This document shows, piece after piece, positions 1 to 13,000 of a stretch of DNA of 64,000 nucleotides (the first letter of the stretch is position 1; each line of letters starts with the position of its first letter). The notes under the pieces are model-generated. The model was not told the origin of the DNA and did no database searches. It saw only the letters and a program-made list of their open reading frames with translations. Source of the DNA: Macrostomum hystrix. Its lineage: Eukaryota; Animalia; Platyhelminthes. Location: NCBI GenBank assembly GCA_950097015.1, contig CATNEN010000003.1, forward strand, positions 10,664,001-10,728,000, in the 5' to 3' direction. The position numbers were made by a program, and so were the translations under genes.

Positions 1-15
1 ATTAAAGTAGTAAAT

Positions 16-795
16 TACAAGGGATCTTGCAAAAGTTTCCAGACTAGGCCTACTGCTCGTCATGGTGATAATTTTAGCCTGATTCAGCAAAAAATTTAAA
101 CAGACAAACAGGCAACTGTATTTTATAATACTAAAAAGTTTCAGAAAGTTTGGAGTTGATGGTCCAAAGTAATAAGCAATTGTACACTAGATTATTATAG
201 TCATGAAATACGTTTTCCAAGTTACAGCTACCAATCACTGTCACTGTCACTTCTATCGCCAGATGTGTCCACAGGTTGATTGCTGGCTTGCTCCACGTAT
301 TCACCATTTACGGAGATGCATTTTCGGTAGCGCTGAATCAGCTTTGTCGAAGCCAGACTCCCAGAAGCTGGAATCGAACTGATGTAGAGACTTGTTGGCT
401 GCTTTGATGACCTCCTCGCGCATTGTGAAGATCTCACCCCGCATTGGCATGTTCATTGGGCCAAAGAGGTGGAAATCGGCGACAGCGAGATTGGGACTGT
501 AGGCTGGGTGGTTCAGCATTCGTTGGAAGCTGGCTTTCTTAGACCCGAACTCCGATGGATTCTTCGGTCGACTCATTTTCGCTCACTTTTAGTTTGTGAA
601 AAATCGTGTCAACAGCTTCAAAGGGTTGCAACCTATTTTGGCCCTCATGTATGCTGTGGTTGACTGAGCTGCATAACATTTTAGGAAAAGTCTTTTCTAC
701 GGCTGAATACCATGGACATCAATTTTCAGCCAAATCAAACACAAATTGTCACCAGGATTAGCATTAGTCCGGAAGCTTTTGCAACACCCCTTGTA
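16..795 (-). mobile_element. Internally deleted mariner (Tc1/mariner) DNA transposon with TIRs and TA target-site duplication
   Basis: Left end tacaagggatcttgcaaaagtttccagacta (16-46) and right end tagtccggaagcttttgcaacaccccttgta (765-795) are inverted repeats, 27/31 identical, each with an outer TA. The element is ~780 bp, shorter than a full ~1.3-kb mariner. Confidence 0.9.
301..576 (-). pseudogene. Mariner transposase C-terminal fragment
   Basis: HPAYSPNLAVADFHLFGPM matches the mariner YSPDLAPxDF motif. The C-terminal 'G..KL..R..KCI..NGEYVE' signature continues in another frame (ORF 228..437), indicating a frameshift. Confidence 0.85.
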
Positions 796-1230
796 CAACA
801 TCAAGTTTTATAGTTTTACAACTGCAACTACTAGCATAATAAAAAATTTAGCTGCAAAAGTGTGTTAAACTTTTTGCTTGCTTCTTAATCATCCTAAGAT
901 GTCATCCTAAGATGTGATTAAAGACATTTAATTTAGGCAAGCATTTATTTCAATAGCTAATGAAAGCTAATGAAATAATTTTGTACATCTAAATAATACT
1001 TCCTAAAATAAAGTTACAAATATAATTACATACTATATTTATGAATATAGTAGTATAGATTAAGATTCTAAATCTTATTATCTCATTCAGATAATAAGAA
1101 ACATATTTATAATCATTTTTAATGGCATATTTGTCATTTAGACAAACAAATACAAGTAAGCAACCCTTGTCACAGTCAATTACCCCACCTGGTTAATTAA
1201 CTTCAAGATAATTTCTCAACCCTTGTATAG

Positions 1231-1418
1231 GATGAAGCCAAGGTAGGACGATATTTGACTCAATTGCGAGATGCCAGCATCACAATTGCTGTGCTACAGA
1301 AGACTGGCTTAGGCATCATTGTTAATAGACTGCGACGCGGCCTACAGTCAGATGCACTCCTAGCTGAGGCCAGGCAGCTCATCAAGAAGTGGAAGCGACT
1401 CTTGGACTCCGCTCAGCA

Positions 1419-1469
<51 letters not shown>

Positions 1470-2989
1470 GCAGCAGCAACAAGCGGCCACTGCTGAAAAT
1501 GGCGGTGGCCCATCCGAAGCTAAGAGGCAGCGCGTTGATAACGCCGAGGCCGATGATGCATCAGCCAGTCCGAATGGCTCGGAAGGTGGCGCCGTAGCTT
1601 CAAACGGCCCCACCGCAGCAGCAGCCGCGGTCACTTTCCAGGAATCTGAGCGCCTCCGGACTACAGACTCGGTGCGACTGAAGTGCCGAGAGATGCTGCA
1701 GCAGGTGCGAAATAGAGCTTATTGTGCATTGCTTTTCCTATTATTATGATAGAATCTACTATATATGATCCCAATTTCCCATTTTACTAAGATCTAATTT
1801 CTTTCATTGCTGATCCCAGATGTGACTCATTCCTGATCCCAGAGTTCCCATTCGCCTCATCACTAATCCCAGATTTCCCATCTCCTTCATTCCTGATCTC
1901 AGAGTTCCATTCGCCTCATCCCTGATCCCGAGATTTTCCATCTCCATCCCTGATCCCGAGATTTCCCATCTCCTTCATTCCTGATCCCAGATTTCCCATT
2001 CGCCTCATCCCTGATCCCAGATTTCCCATCTCCTTCATTCCTGATCATAGATTTCTCATCTCATTCATTCCCGATCCCAGATTTCCCATTCACCTCATTC
2101 CTGATCCCAGATTTCCCATTCGCCTCATCCCTGATCCCGAGATTTTCCATCTCCATCCCTGATCCCGAGATTTCCCATCTCCTTCATTCCTGATCCCAGA
2201 TTTCCCATTCGCCTCATCCCTGATCCCAGATTTCCCATCTCCTTCATTCCTGATCCCAGATTTCCCATCTCCTTCTTCCTGATCCCAGATTTCCCATTCA
2301 CCTCATTCCTGATCCCAGATTTCCCATTCGCCTCATTCCTGATCCCAGATTTCCCATTCGCCTCATTCCTGATCCCAAATTTCCCATTCGACTCATTCTT
2401 GATCCCAGATTTCCCATTTTACTTATTTCTGATCCCAGATTTTCCAACTCCTTCATTACTGATCCCAGATTTCCCATTTAATACTCCTCGTGAACTTGAG
2501 TCCCGAATCCCCATCAATTGTCTGTATCCGTAGGCCCTTGAGTCTGACGCCGTGCCATCCGGAGCCTACGAGCCCAACTACCTGGCGGCTGAGATTGAGA
2601 CCTGCGTCCACCTGGAGACCGGCTCTAAGCTAGATATGAAGTACAAGAATCGAATTCGTAGCCGGGTGATGAATCTTCGCGACGCCAAGAATCCCAACCT
2701 GCGCTATTGTGTACTGATGGGCAACATTTCGCCGGCTAATTTTGCACGCATGAGCGCTGAAGAGATGGCCTCGGATGATATGAGAAAGCTAAGAGAGCGA
2801 TTAACTAAGGAGGCCATCGATGATCACCAGATGTCCATGAACACTGGAACAGCCACGGATATGCTCAAGTGCGGCAAATGCAGGAAGAATAATTGCACTT
2901 ACAATCAGCTGCAGACTAGATCGGCCGACGAACCAATGACCACATTTGTGCTGTGCAATGAGTGCGGTCACAGGTGGAAATTTAATTAA
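1231..2989 (+). CDS. TCEA1: Transcription elongation factor S-II (TFIIS), last two coding exons; the start is not identified and probably lies upstream of the window
   Basis: Exons 1231..1704 (tag|GAT ... CAG|gtgcga) and 2534..2989 (tag|GCC) join in phase 0. They encode the N-terminal domain ([15 protein letters not shown]...LIKKWKRLL), the central domain ([19 protein letters not shown]) and the Zn ribbon CGKC...[24 protein letters not shown]. Confidence 0.95.
1810..2480 (+). repeat. Intronic minisatellite, ~30-bp unit (cctgatcccagatttcccattcgcctcatt)
   Basis: About 22 tandem, slightly degenerate copies fill the TFIIS intron. Confidence 0.9.
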
Positions 2990-3585
2990 CTCCTAACTAA
3001 CAGGCTTTGGGATCTGACACTCGTTTGGGCTTATAATAATTGTTTTTTGTGTTTTATTGTATCCACTGTGTTATTCTGTATAGTTTTTTCCCATATTTTA
3101 GCGACTGAAAAATCTCCGGGCAATCTTCATTCATTCATTAGTAGTTGAATCATGATTATTAATAATAGTTGTGCTCCCAGCGTATGCCAGGCAATTTAGT
3201 TTGCCGATCTCTTGTGTGTGTGTTTTCTTCCCTACAATTTACTGCTTTGACAACTTCCGGTTAATGCAACTTAATATTGCAAATTCAATATTAACAATAA
3301 TAAGCAATTTTTAATTTGAGTATAACAGCTCAAAACCCGAGCGTTGCATTGTTTGTCAAATGTGTTTGTCTGCAAATTGTTAAACGCTTTTATCTTCACT
3401 AGACTTTTTTATGCTAATTTTCTATGGCAGTTGCTTCTGCTGCTACTACTGTTTTAGTAGATTGTTGCGCAAATCCTAATTCACTTTAGGCAATTTAGGA
3501 TCTGAAATTTCTAAAGATTAAAAATGCCTATCAATCATATCAGATAAAAAGTATAAACCTGTGTACAGGTTCTCTGAATCTTCAT

Positions 3586-4168
3586 TCCTGTCCACTGCTT
3601 CTTCTTCCTGTGCACTAGATCTTTATCCTGTCCACTCGATCTTTATCCTGTCCACTCGATCTTTATCCTGTCCACTCGATCTTTATCCTGTCCACTCAAT
3701 CTTTATCCTGTCTACTGGATCTTTATCATGTCTACTGGATCTTTATCATGTCTACTGGATCTTTATCATGTCTACTGGATCTTTATCATGTCTACTAGAT
3801 CTTTATCCTGTCTACTATATCTTTATCATGTCTACTAAATCTTTATAATGTCTACTAAATCTTTATCCTGTCTACTATATCTTTATCCTGTCTACTGGAT
3901 CTTTATCATGTCTACTGGATCTTTATCATGTCTACTGGATCTTTATCCTGTCTACTGGATCTTTATCATGTCTACTGGATCTTTATCCTGTCTACTATAT
4001 CTTTATCCTGTCTACTGGATCTTTATCATGTCTACTGGATCTTTATCCTGTCCACTATATCTTTATCCTGTCTACTATATCTTTATCCTGTCTACTGGAT
4101 CTTTATCATGTCTACTGGATCTTTATCATGTCTACTGGATCTTTATCATGTCTACTGGATCTTTATCC
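3586..4168 (+). repeat. Minisatellite, 20-bp unit (ctttatcmtgtctactggat)
   Basis: Tandem copies are directly visible. Confidence 0.95.
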
Positions 4169-5163
4169 TACTATACTAAATGTCTAAGATCTATAGTTTG
4201 ATAACTTAATAAATTACACCATTACCACCAAAGTTGTTACAGGTCAAATTTCTTTGTAATGTCTTTATCCCAATGATGCCACCAAAGTTGTTGTAGTGTT
4301 ACCTTATCAATACATAAAATCCCACTGCTGTTATTATTGTTTAGTAACAGGGCTTAACACACACACATTCTTTCTCTCCTAGTTCTGTATATATTTTCTT
4401 ATGCATTAGACTGGTGGTCCTGAAAAGGGCCGTTTAACTCTTGATACTCCGGGGTACTTATCTTTCACTGGTCTAACACTCTAATGGTAGCGTTTAGGAT
4501 TGCATGAGCGGTTAACTATAGGCAACTGAGTATGTTTTCCAGTCAAATTAGGCGTCCCGAACATTAGAGTTTAGCAGCTCCCTCTTGGACTAAATCTAGG
4601 TATAGTTCTAAGCATAATTCTTAGTATAAGTCTGAGGATTAATCTTAGTATGTTTCTTGTTATTCTCTTTCTTAATTAAAAATGAAAAACAATGTATTCC
4701 TTTACTAGGGCACTTCTTTATATTTCTGAACACACTTCTTGATCCTTAAACTCTCGACTATTCTCAACTCTTTGATTCTCTTTCACAAACGCACACTCAA
4801 CAGCGACTTCAACAACAACTACATTTTTGGTCTGCGAGGCATCGGTTTTTTATACGAGTACTAGTAGGAAAAACACTGTTTAAAATGGCTAATTTTACGA
4901 AATATTTCATATACTGTAAGTAAATAAATAAACGCATTCATACGGTAAAATATTTTCAGCATTACGGTAAGTAAAACATTTTTTTCGCGTAATTTTGATT
5001 TAAAAGTATAGGGTTTTTATTTATTTACAAAAAGAATATTTACACTAGCTCGTATGACACATGGAAGACCTCCGGTTGAACGTAGCAAAGCAGAAGGAAG
5101 AGTGACAGACTATACAGTTGGCTAGTGATCGGGATACACTTGATACTCTTGTTGCAGTGATAA

Positions 5164-5318
5164 CCACTCTGAGATCAGACATCGCCACTCTGAGATCAGA
5201 AATCGCCATTCTGAGATCAGACATCGCCATTCTGAGATCAGACATCGCCATTCTGAGATTAGACATCGCCACTCTGAGATCAGACATCGCCACTCTGAGA
5301 TCAGACATCGCCACTCTG
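5164..5318 (+). repeat. Minisatellite, 21-bp unit (ctctgagatcagacatcgcca)
   Basis: About 7 tandem copies. Confidence 0.9.
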
Positions 5319-6390
5319 ATTCAAAAGTTACACCGACAGAATAAGGATATTCGCACAGAAAGCAAATATAGTGCGCTCACAGTGAAAAGCAAAATTTGGT
5401 CCGGGGGAAAATAGATATAAAAATTTTACTCAACTGGCCTAATCCGCGCCCTACTCTTCCCCGAGAGGCTCCGGTTGTCTCTGCTTTCAGCGCTGCCCCG
5501 ACAGATCCTATCGGTTGGCACCCCTTCTGCCTGACGACGGAGTCTCCGAAGAGAGCACGTACTGACTTCGACAACTAGCGCCTATCTAGACCACCCTTGT
5601 CAGCGGCGCACTCTCAATCTCAAGACGCCCAGCGCCGAAAGCTACCTAACTGAGCAAGCGGAGCGTGGTCGGGCGGGGCGAGACAAAACAAAGTGGACTA
5701 GCTTGCTCGTGCTTCTCACAGTGTGAGGCGAATTGCGGAATTAGTTTAGGCAACATATAAAGAATGGAGTATTATTAATCTGATATTATATATGCAATGC
5801 GAGTGAGGATTTTCAAAGCCGAATTTCGGATAAAAATAACTAAAAATGCCGCGAGATTCTTTATCAAGTTTGAATTCGCGCCTTGAAGGCCGTGAAATTT
5901 CTCTTTTAACTGCGGAAATAAATAATGCGCATGTGATAACAATATTTTAACGATGTATTGAAAAGGATGTTCAAAACAAAAAATCTCAGTGTACCTAAGA
6001 GAGTTTTTGCAAATGTATATTAACTCGAAAATTTACCAAAATTGTATTTTTTTCAAATGAATAAAAATACATAATTAGCTCATAATTACAGGGTCAGTTT
6101 ACGAAACAAATGGATAGTTAAAAAGCTTTAACTTTAATCGTTATAATCGCAACAAATATTTAAACGTCGATAAAACAAATTGTAAAAAATCTAGACTTAA
6201 AAGTTACAACTTTAAAATATAAAATCCCGAAATTAAAATCTAGATCCTACGAAATTTTATCCCAAAATCTTGATCCCATAAATTTTGTTCCAATAAATTT
6301 GTATCCTAAAATCCTGATCCCATCTAGTATTTTTAAGTTTTTACTTCATTTTTTATTTTTTTCATTTTTATTTCAGTTTCACTAGAAACT

Positions 6391-6668
6391 GAAATCCCGC
6401 TGCCTCGCTAGAAATCCCACTGCCTCACTAGAAATCCCACTGCCTCATTAGAAATCCCACTGCCTCATTAGAAATCCCACTGCCTCACTAGAAATCCCAC
6501 TGCCTCACTAGAAATCCCACTGCCTCACTAGAAATCCCACTATCTCACTAGAAATCCCACTGCCTCACTAGAAATCCCACTATCTCACTAGAAATCCCAC
6601 AGCCTCGCTAGAAATCCCACTACCTCACTAGAAATCCCATTGTCTCACTAGAAATCCCACTGCCTCAC
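6391..6668 (+). repeat. Minisatellite, 20-bp unit (gaaatcccactgcctcacta)
   Basis: About 14 tandem copies. Confidence 0.95.
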
Positions 6669-7889
6669 AATTAACAAGAAGCTGAGAAATTTTGTTGCAA
6701 TGCTTTCTGGGAATCTCTTGGGACTGCGTGTAGGTACTGGTTAGAAACTGTAGAACAATTGGAAATTAATTGAGAAGCTGGTGGATATGCGAGTCAATGC
6801 TTGATTGCTGATACAAAATAAGAACTCAAGAAACAAAATAGGAGTCGGTTTATTCTTCGGTTTTTTGGCATGCTATTATTTAGTAGAATATTCTAGAATC
6901 AAAAACTCAATTCTTTCAGCTCAGCAGTTAAGAAACGAATGATTAGTTTGCGATAAGAATTTTCGATAAGAATCAGGTTTAGCAGAAACGCCAAGAAATG
7001 TAAAGCAGAAGACACTAGCTGCTACAGGCCATGGCCCCACCACTGCTTTATCTAAGCAAACCCAGTGCTGACTTTGTGAAAATTTATTTTCGAGGCCGCT
7101 CACATTTTCACTTGAAGCAAATCATTTTTCAAGGCAAATTTGTTTACTTGTTGCTATGCAACTCTGAGGTCTTCGCTTAGGTTGACCTTTGAACTCCGTA
7201 GATAAAATCTGGGCAAAAAACAGTTTTTATGGCTTAAACTCTTCAGAAATTTCGTCGCAATATAGAGGCTGAATGCAAAAATACGCTCCGAAAGTAAATA
7301 GTTAATTAGACATTGTGCACACGCAATGTATAAAACATAAAATATGTGAATTCATGCAAACTGAAAACAAGAACAACAATTACCTTGCACTTGCACCCAT
7401 CAAGCCCCAGGCGCCTCTGGAGGCTGCGTACTATTGAAAATAAAACTCACATGGGATTCAAGAGTACATGTAGGAGGCAAGAACTCACAAATTCAGCTTC
7501 TGTGCTCACTAAGCAGCAGATGGTCTCAAATATCAGTACACTCGTCAGATTTTCACAACTAATTTTGCTATCGCGAACTATGATACACCAGCCACAGAAG
7601 AGCTTCCAGAGCCGATTCTGCTAGCTTGACTCTGATCTTTCTCAGGGCCCTCTAGCCAGTCTCAGTACCTTTCTTATGCCATATCCATCCTTGGAAAGTA
7701 ATTAAAATGTGTCTTCTAGTCGGCTTTTCATTGACTTGATCAATCGGCATCCCGGTTTAGGGTGACAAACACATGCAGCACTTGCGTAATCTTTATCCAC
7801 AAATGAGTTCACTCTTTACTGTTCCGCTTTGGTCTGAAAGTGGACACCGACTCATGTCCTCGAATACAAGTATCTGCTCGCCTTAGTCT

Positions 7890-8107
7890 CCACCTTGGTC
7901 TTGGCGATCTTCACCTTGGTCTTGGCGATCTTCACCTTGGTCTTGGCGATCTTCACCTTGGTCTTGGCGATCTTCACCTTGGTCTTGGCGATCTTCACCT
8001 TGGTCTTGGCGATCTTCACCTTGGTCTTGGCGATCTTCACCTTGGTCTTGGCGATCTTCACCTTGGTCTTGGCGATCTTCACCTTGGTCTTGGCGATCTT
8101 CACCTTG
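7890..8107 (+). repeat. Minisatellite, 21-bp unit (caccttggtcttggcgatctt), abutting the 3' end of the ANK-Mab21 CDS
   Basis: About 10 perfect tandem copies. Confidence 0.95.
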
Positions 8108-8112
8108 ACTGC

Positions 8113-10039
8113 TCAACCGGCAGACGGCACAGCTCGTGAGTGATTCTTCTCAACAGCCGCCGCAGCAGCTCCAGATCTCCAGATCGCCGCAGCCACCAGC
8201 AGCTCCTGCTTATCCGCATCCTCCCTCTGATCCACATCCCGGATCCAATCCTGATCGCTCCCGTTTCCTGCTGCTTTTAGCTCATTGCGAAGAGCCCGCA
8301 GCAGAGCGTCAAAGTTCAGGTAGAACCAGTTGCTGTGGTTCTTCATCCGCAGCGGAAAGCAGCCGGCAAAGACTTCGTGCTCAATCGGCAGCTTCGGTCG
8401 CTCGTCAAACCTGAAGCAGAATTTCCAGGCGGAGTCTCGGCTCCTCAGGTGCTGCCACACAAAGACCGCAGTGGCCTCACTCGCCGACCTCTCAGCTCCC
8501 CAATCGATGCCTCTGCTCGCACTGAACGGCCCGCAGTCGCTCACAACTCTCGCTGCACTGAGTCGGTCGCCGAACTTGAGGCAGGCCAGCGCTCTGAGAG
8601 ACTCTCGCGCTGATCGGGCGCAGTCTGGCAGTTTGTCGATCAGCTCTGCGAGACTCTGTCGGGACTGTGGGCTGCGGTCTCCATCGGACAGACGAAGCAC
8701 CGACTCTCTCACGATGTCGTAGATCTCGTGGAACTCGCATGTCTTGGCTTCTGACACGGGTCTGACTTGAAGAATCGGCAGGATGAGGAACGGGTGGAAG
8801 TGGAATCGGCCCGATTTGTTGACGGGTCGCAGACTGTCCTCGAACTGCAGCAGCAGCTGAGGCAGCTCAGCCATGGCGTCTCTCAATGCACCGGCTGCCC
8901 GATTCAACGCTTCGCTCACTCTCTCAGCTGATGTGGGCGACTTCAAGCCTTTCAGGTACACAGCGACATCGCTCAGGAAGAAGTGCTCCAGGATCCGACC
9001 GTCAGGTGTGTCTGATCTGCAGCCGCTCTCCACACCGTCAAGCAGTATCTGCAGCGAGCGTCTCGTGAGACTCACGAGATTCTCCGGCTTCCACTGCTCA
9101 GCCGGTGTCTCCTCCAGCATTCGGAACGTGACGGTCTTTGCGTGAAAGGACTTGAAGCCGACGTTTGAGATCTTCTTCTTCAGCAGCCACTTGAGTGTGA
9201 CGAACAGCTGGCCTTGCAGAGTGCTGAGACTCCGCAGCAGTCGCCTCTCCAGGAAGCTGCTGCTCACTCGGAGCTGCTGGCCCTCCATTCCGGGAGGAGC
9301 TGCGTGCACCACGTGACAGGGCGATGGGTCAGAGGTGAGGTCTCGCTGGAGTGACTGCAGCACGGACTGGGGGATGTTGGAGTTGGAGAGTCTTGGTGGC
9401 TGCAGCGGCGCGATGGGAGGGTAGCGGCAGAGGCGGCGGGCGGTGACTTCGTCCACAGCCGGTCTCAGGGCTGAGCCTCTCTGTGTCCGGGCTGGGTTGG
9501 AGGCTGGAGAAATGGGAAATGCGAGAAATATTGCAAATGCCTCCAGCTTTCAACTCTCAGAAAACAGAAAAATGTGTTTCTTTTCCTTGTTTGTTGTTTC
9601 CTTTAGAAAGCCAAAGAAGTTGAGCAAGTCAAACACATGCTCAATTCTTGTCCCAGCAATCCCGACAGTCTCTGGAAGGAAATTCTCACCGAATCCGGAG
9701 ATCAGGATGTGGCCGTTGCTGAGCTCCACTGTCTGAGCAGCCTCCACTCGGTCGCACTCGCACACATCTCTCGGGTGAAACTGCCTTTCTGGAATCAGCT
9801 GAGTGACATCGATGTCAGAGTCGATGTCAGTTCCGCCATCCAGAGAGACCAGGCTGTTGCCCCAGGCCTCAGAGAAGCTGCCTTGAATATGCATGCCCTC
9901 ATCCTTCATTCTCTTCCTAAGAGCATCCTGCAAGACGTCAGCCACAGCGATCTGCAAGGCGGCTCTGGAGTCCACGAATCCCGACTGACAGAGCTTGAAG
10001 TGCAGCTGCTGGCTCAGCTCTGCGTCGCTGGGTGCGGAT
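8113..10039 (-). CDS. Mab-21/cGAS-like NTase portion (exons 2-3 of the gene above)
   Basis: The pol-beta-type motif [10 protein letters not shown]...DSDIDVT is present, with a candidate third acid in RPAVDEV. Mab-21 C-lobe motifs [23 protein letters not shown]...EQW and LEHFFL correspond to the WRxSFSxxE, SYHLKT and PHYF motifs of this family. Confidence 0.8.
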
Positions 10040-13000
10040 CTGAAGGGTGAGAGGAGGCGGCAGCGCTGAGTTTCAGTGAGGCTGGGAGGCTCTGAAGGGT
10101 GAGAGGAGGCGGCAGCGCTGAGTTTCAGTGAGGCTGGGAGGCTCTGAAGGGTGAGAGGAGTAGTGAAAGCGGTTTTCAAACTTCTATGAAATTCCCTTGC
10201 TCAAATGTGCCATGCTTAATAACATTTCCCAGTAACATTTTGCCAGTTTAGACAGTGAAGTTTTGTGGTTAGCGTTTTCTCTTGAAGCAGGGAGCATACT
10301 TTAAAACTCTCCAGGAAGTAGGACACGATCTCAGATAGACAAAATGTTTCAGAAAAATTATTAGAGATGAGCAGGTTGTGTCTCCAAGTAAGAAAATGGC
10401 ACCTTTGATTGCATTGAGCTCGCATTGCAGATGCAGATGCGCCATTCAATGAGCCTCGTCAGCTGCACAACTATCCCGCGCAAAAAATTATTTCTTATAA
10501 TTATTATAAGGACATGTAAAAGAAGACATACCTTATGCTGGTTTGCTGCTTCAATGATTGGCGATCGCCCAGTTGTAGACCTTCGACCACCTCATCGTGT
10601 CCGACTTCAATGGCGCAATCTAATGCCAACTCAGATGAGACAGGACGACCTTGAGCTGCATGGGCTTCGCGCAGCAGCTTAACAACCGTTTTGTGGTCGT
10701 TCTGTAAGGCAATGTGGAGAGGTGATAGGCCATAATTTGTTTGAAGACTGACGTCGGCTCCTGCTTGAATGAGTGAGCGAGCCACCTCATGATGGCCATT
10801 TTGTGAGGCAATGTAGAGAGGTGACGCGCCACGAACTTTCTCTGGAAGATTGACGTCAGCTCCTGCTTGAATGAGTGAGCGAGCCACCTCATTATGACCG
10901 TTTTCTGAGGCAAAGAAGAGTGGTGATTGGCCAGAATTTATTTGAAGATTGACGTCGGCTCCTGCTTGAATGAGCGAGCGAGCCAACTCATGATGGCCAT
11001 TTTCTGAGGCCATGTGGAGGGGTGATGCGCCTTGAACTTTCGTTTCAAGGTTGACGTCGGCTCCTGCTTGAATGAGTGAGCGAGCCACCTTATGATAGCC
11101 TTCTATTGAGGCAATGTAGAGAGGTGAGAAGCCATTATCTTTCTTTTGAAGGTTGACGTCAGCTCCTGCTTGAATGAGTGAGCGAGCCACCTCATCATCG
11201 CCGTGTTGTGAGGCAATGTGGAGAGGTGATGAGCCAGAATTTGTTTGAAGATTGACGTCGGCTCCTGCTTGAATTAGTGAGCGAACCACCTCATGACGGC
11301 CGAAATGTGAGGCAATGAAGAGAGGTGATGCGCCTTGAACTTTCTCTTGAAGATTGACGTCGGCTCCGGCTTGAATGAGTGAGCGAGCCACCTTATGATG
11401 GCCTTCGTGTGAGGCAATGTAGAGAGGTGACTCGCCAGAATTTCTTTGAATATTGACGTCGGCTCCTGCTTGAATGAGTGAGCGAGCCATCTCATGATGG
11501 CCTTCTTGTGAGGCAATGTAGAGAGGTGACTCGCCAGAATTTGTTTGAAGACTGACGTCGGCTCCTGCTTGAATGAGTGAGCGAGCCACCTCATGATGGC
11601 CATTTTGTGAGGCAATGTAGAGAGGTGACGCGCCACGAACTTTCTCTGGAAGATTGACGTCAGCTCCTGCTTGAATGAGTGAGCGAGCCACCTCATGATG
11701 GCCTTTTTGTGAGGCAATGTAGAGAGGTGAGCAGCCATATTTTTTCTCTTGAAGATTTAGGTCAGCTCCTGCTTGAATGAGTGAGCGAGCCACCTCATTA
11801 TGACCGTTTTCTGAGGCAAAGAAGAGTGGTGATTGGCCAGAATTTATTTGAAGATTGACGTCGGCTCCTGCTTGAATGAGCGAGCGAGCCAACTCATGAT
11901 GGCCATTTTCTGAGGCCATGTGGAGGGGTGATGCGCCTTGAACTTTCGTTTCAAGGTTGACGTCGGCTCCTGCTTGAATGAGTGAGCGAGCCACCTTATG
12001 ATAGCCTTCTATTGAGGCAATGTAGAGAGGTGAGAAGCCATTATCTTTCTTTTGAAGGTTGACGTCAGCTCCTGCTTGAATGAGTGAGCGAGCCACCTCA
12101 TCATCGCCGTGTTGTGAGGCAATGTGGAGAGGTGATGAGCCAGAATTTGTTTGAAGATTGACGTCGGCTCCTGCTTGAATTAGTGAGCGAGCCACCTCAT
12201 GACGGCCGAAATGTGAGGCAATGAAGAGAGGTGATGCGCCTTGAACTTTCTCTTGAAGATTGACGTCGGCTCCGGCTTGAATGAGTGAGCGAGCCACCTC
12301 ATGATGGCCTTCGTGTGAGGCAATGTAGAGAGGTGACTCGCCAGAATTTCTTTGAATATTGACGTCGGCTCCTGCTTGAATGAGTGAGCGAGCCACCTCA
12401 TGATGACCGTTTTGTGAGGCAATGTAGAGAGGTGAATTCCCTTGAACTTTCTCTTGAAGATTGACGTCAGCTCCTGCTTGAATGAGTGAGCGAGCCACCT
12501 CATGATGGCCTTTTTGTGAGGCAATGTAGAGAGGTGAGCAGCCATATTTTTTCTCTTGAAGATTTAGGTCAGCTCCTGCTTGAATGAGTGAGCGAGCCAC
12601 CTCATTATGACCGTTTTCTGAGGCAAAGAAGAGTGGTGATTGGCCAGAATTTATTTGAAGATTGACGTCGGCTCCTGCTTGAATGAGCGAGCGAGCCAAC
12701 TCATGATGGCCATTTTCTGAGGCCATGTGGAGGGGTGATGCGCCTTGAACTTTCGTTTCAAGGTTGACGTCGGCTCCTGCTTGAATGAGTGAGCGAGCCA
12801 CCTTATGATAGCCTTCTATTGAGGCAATGTAGAGAGGTGAGAAGCCATTATCTTTCTTTTGAAGGTTGACGTCAGCTCCTGCTTGAATGAGTGAGCGAGC
12901 CACCTCATCATCGCCGTGTTGTGAGGCAATGTGGAGAGGTGATGAGCCAGAATTTGTTTGAAGATTGACGTCGGCTCCTGCTTGAATTAGTGAGCGAGCC

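Noticed and set aside
3561-4201. Repetitive ORFs over minisatellites (also 14978, 28634, 36142, 43829, 46214, 49442, 52227, 54683, 56823)
   Set aside because: They are translations of stop-poor tandem or low-complexity DNA, often open in several frames, and several lie within introns of real genes.
5118-5414. Heptad coiled-coil ORF (IATLRSD)n
   Set aside because: It starts at a non-ATG codon, derives from a 21-bp repeat that is open on both strands, and has no convincing splice context.
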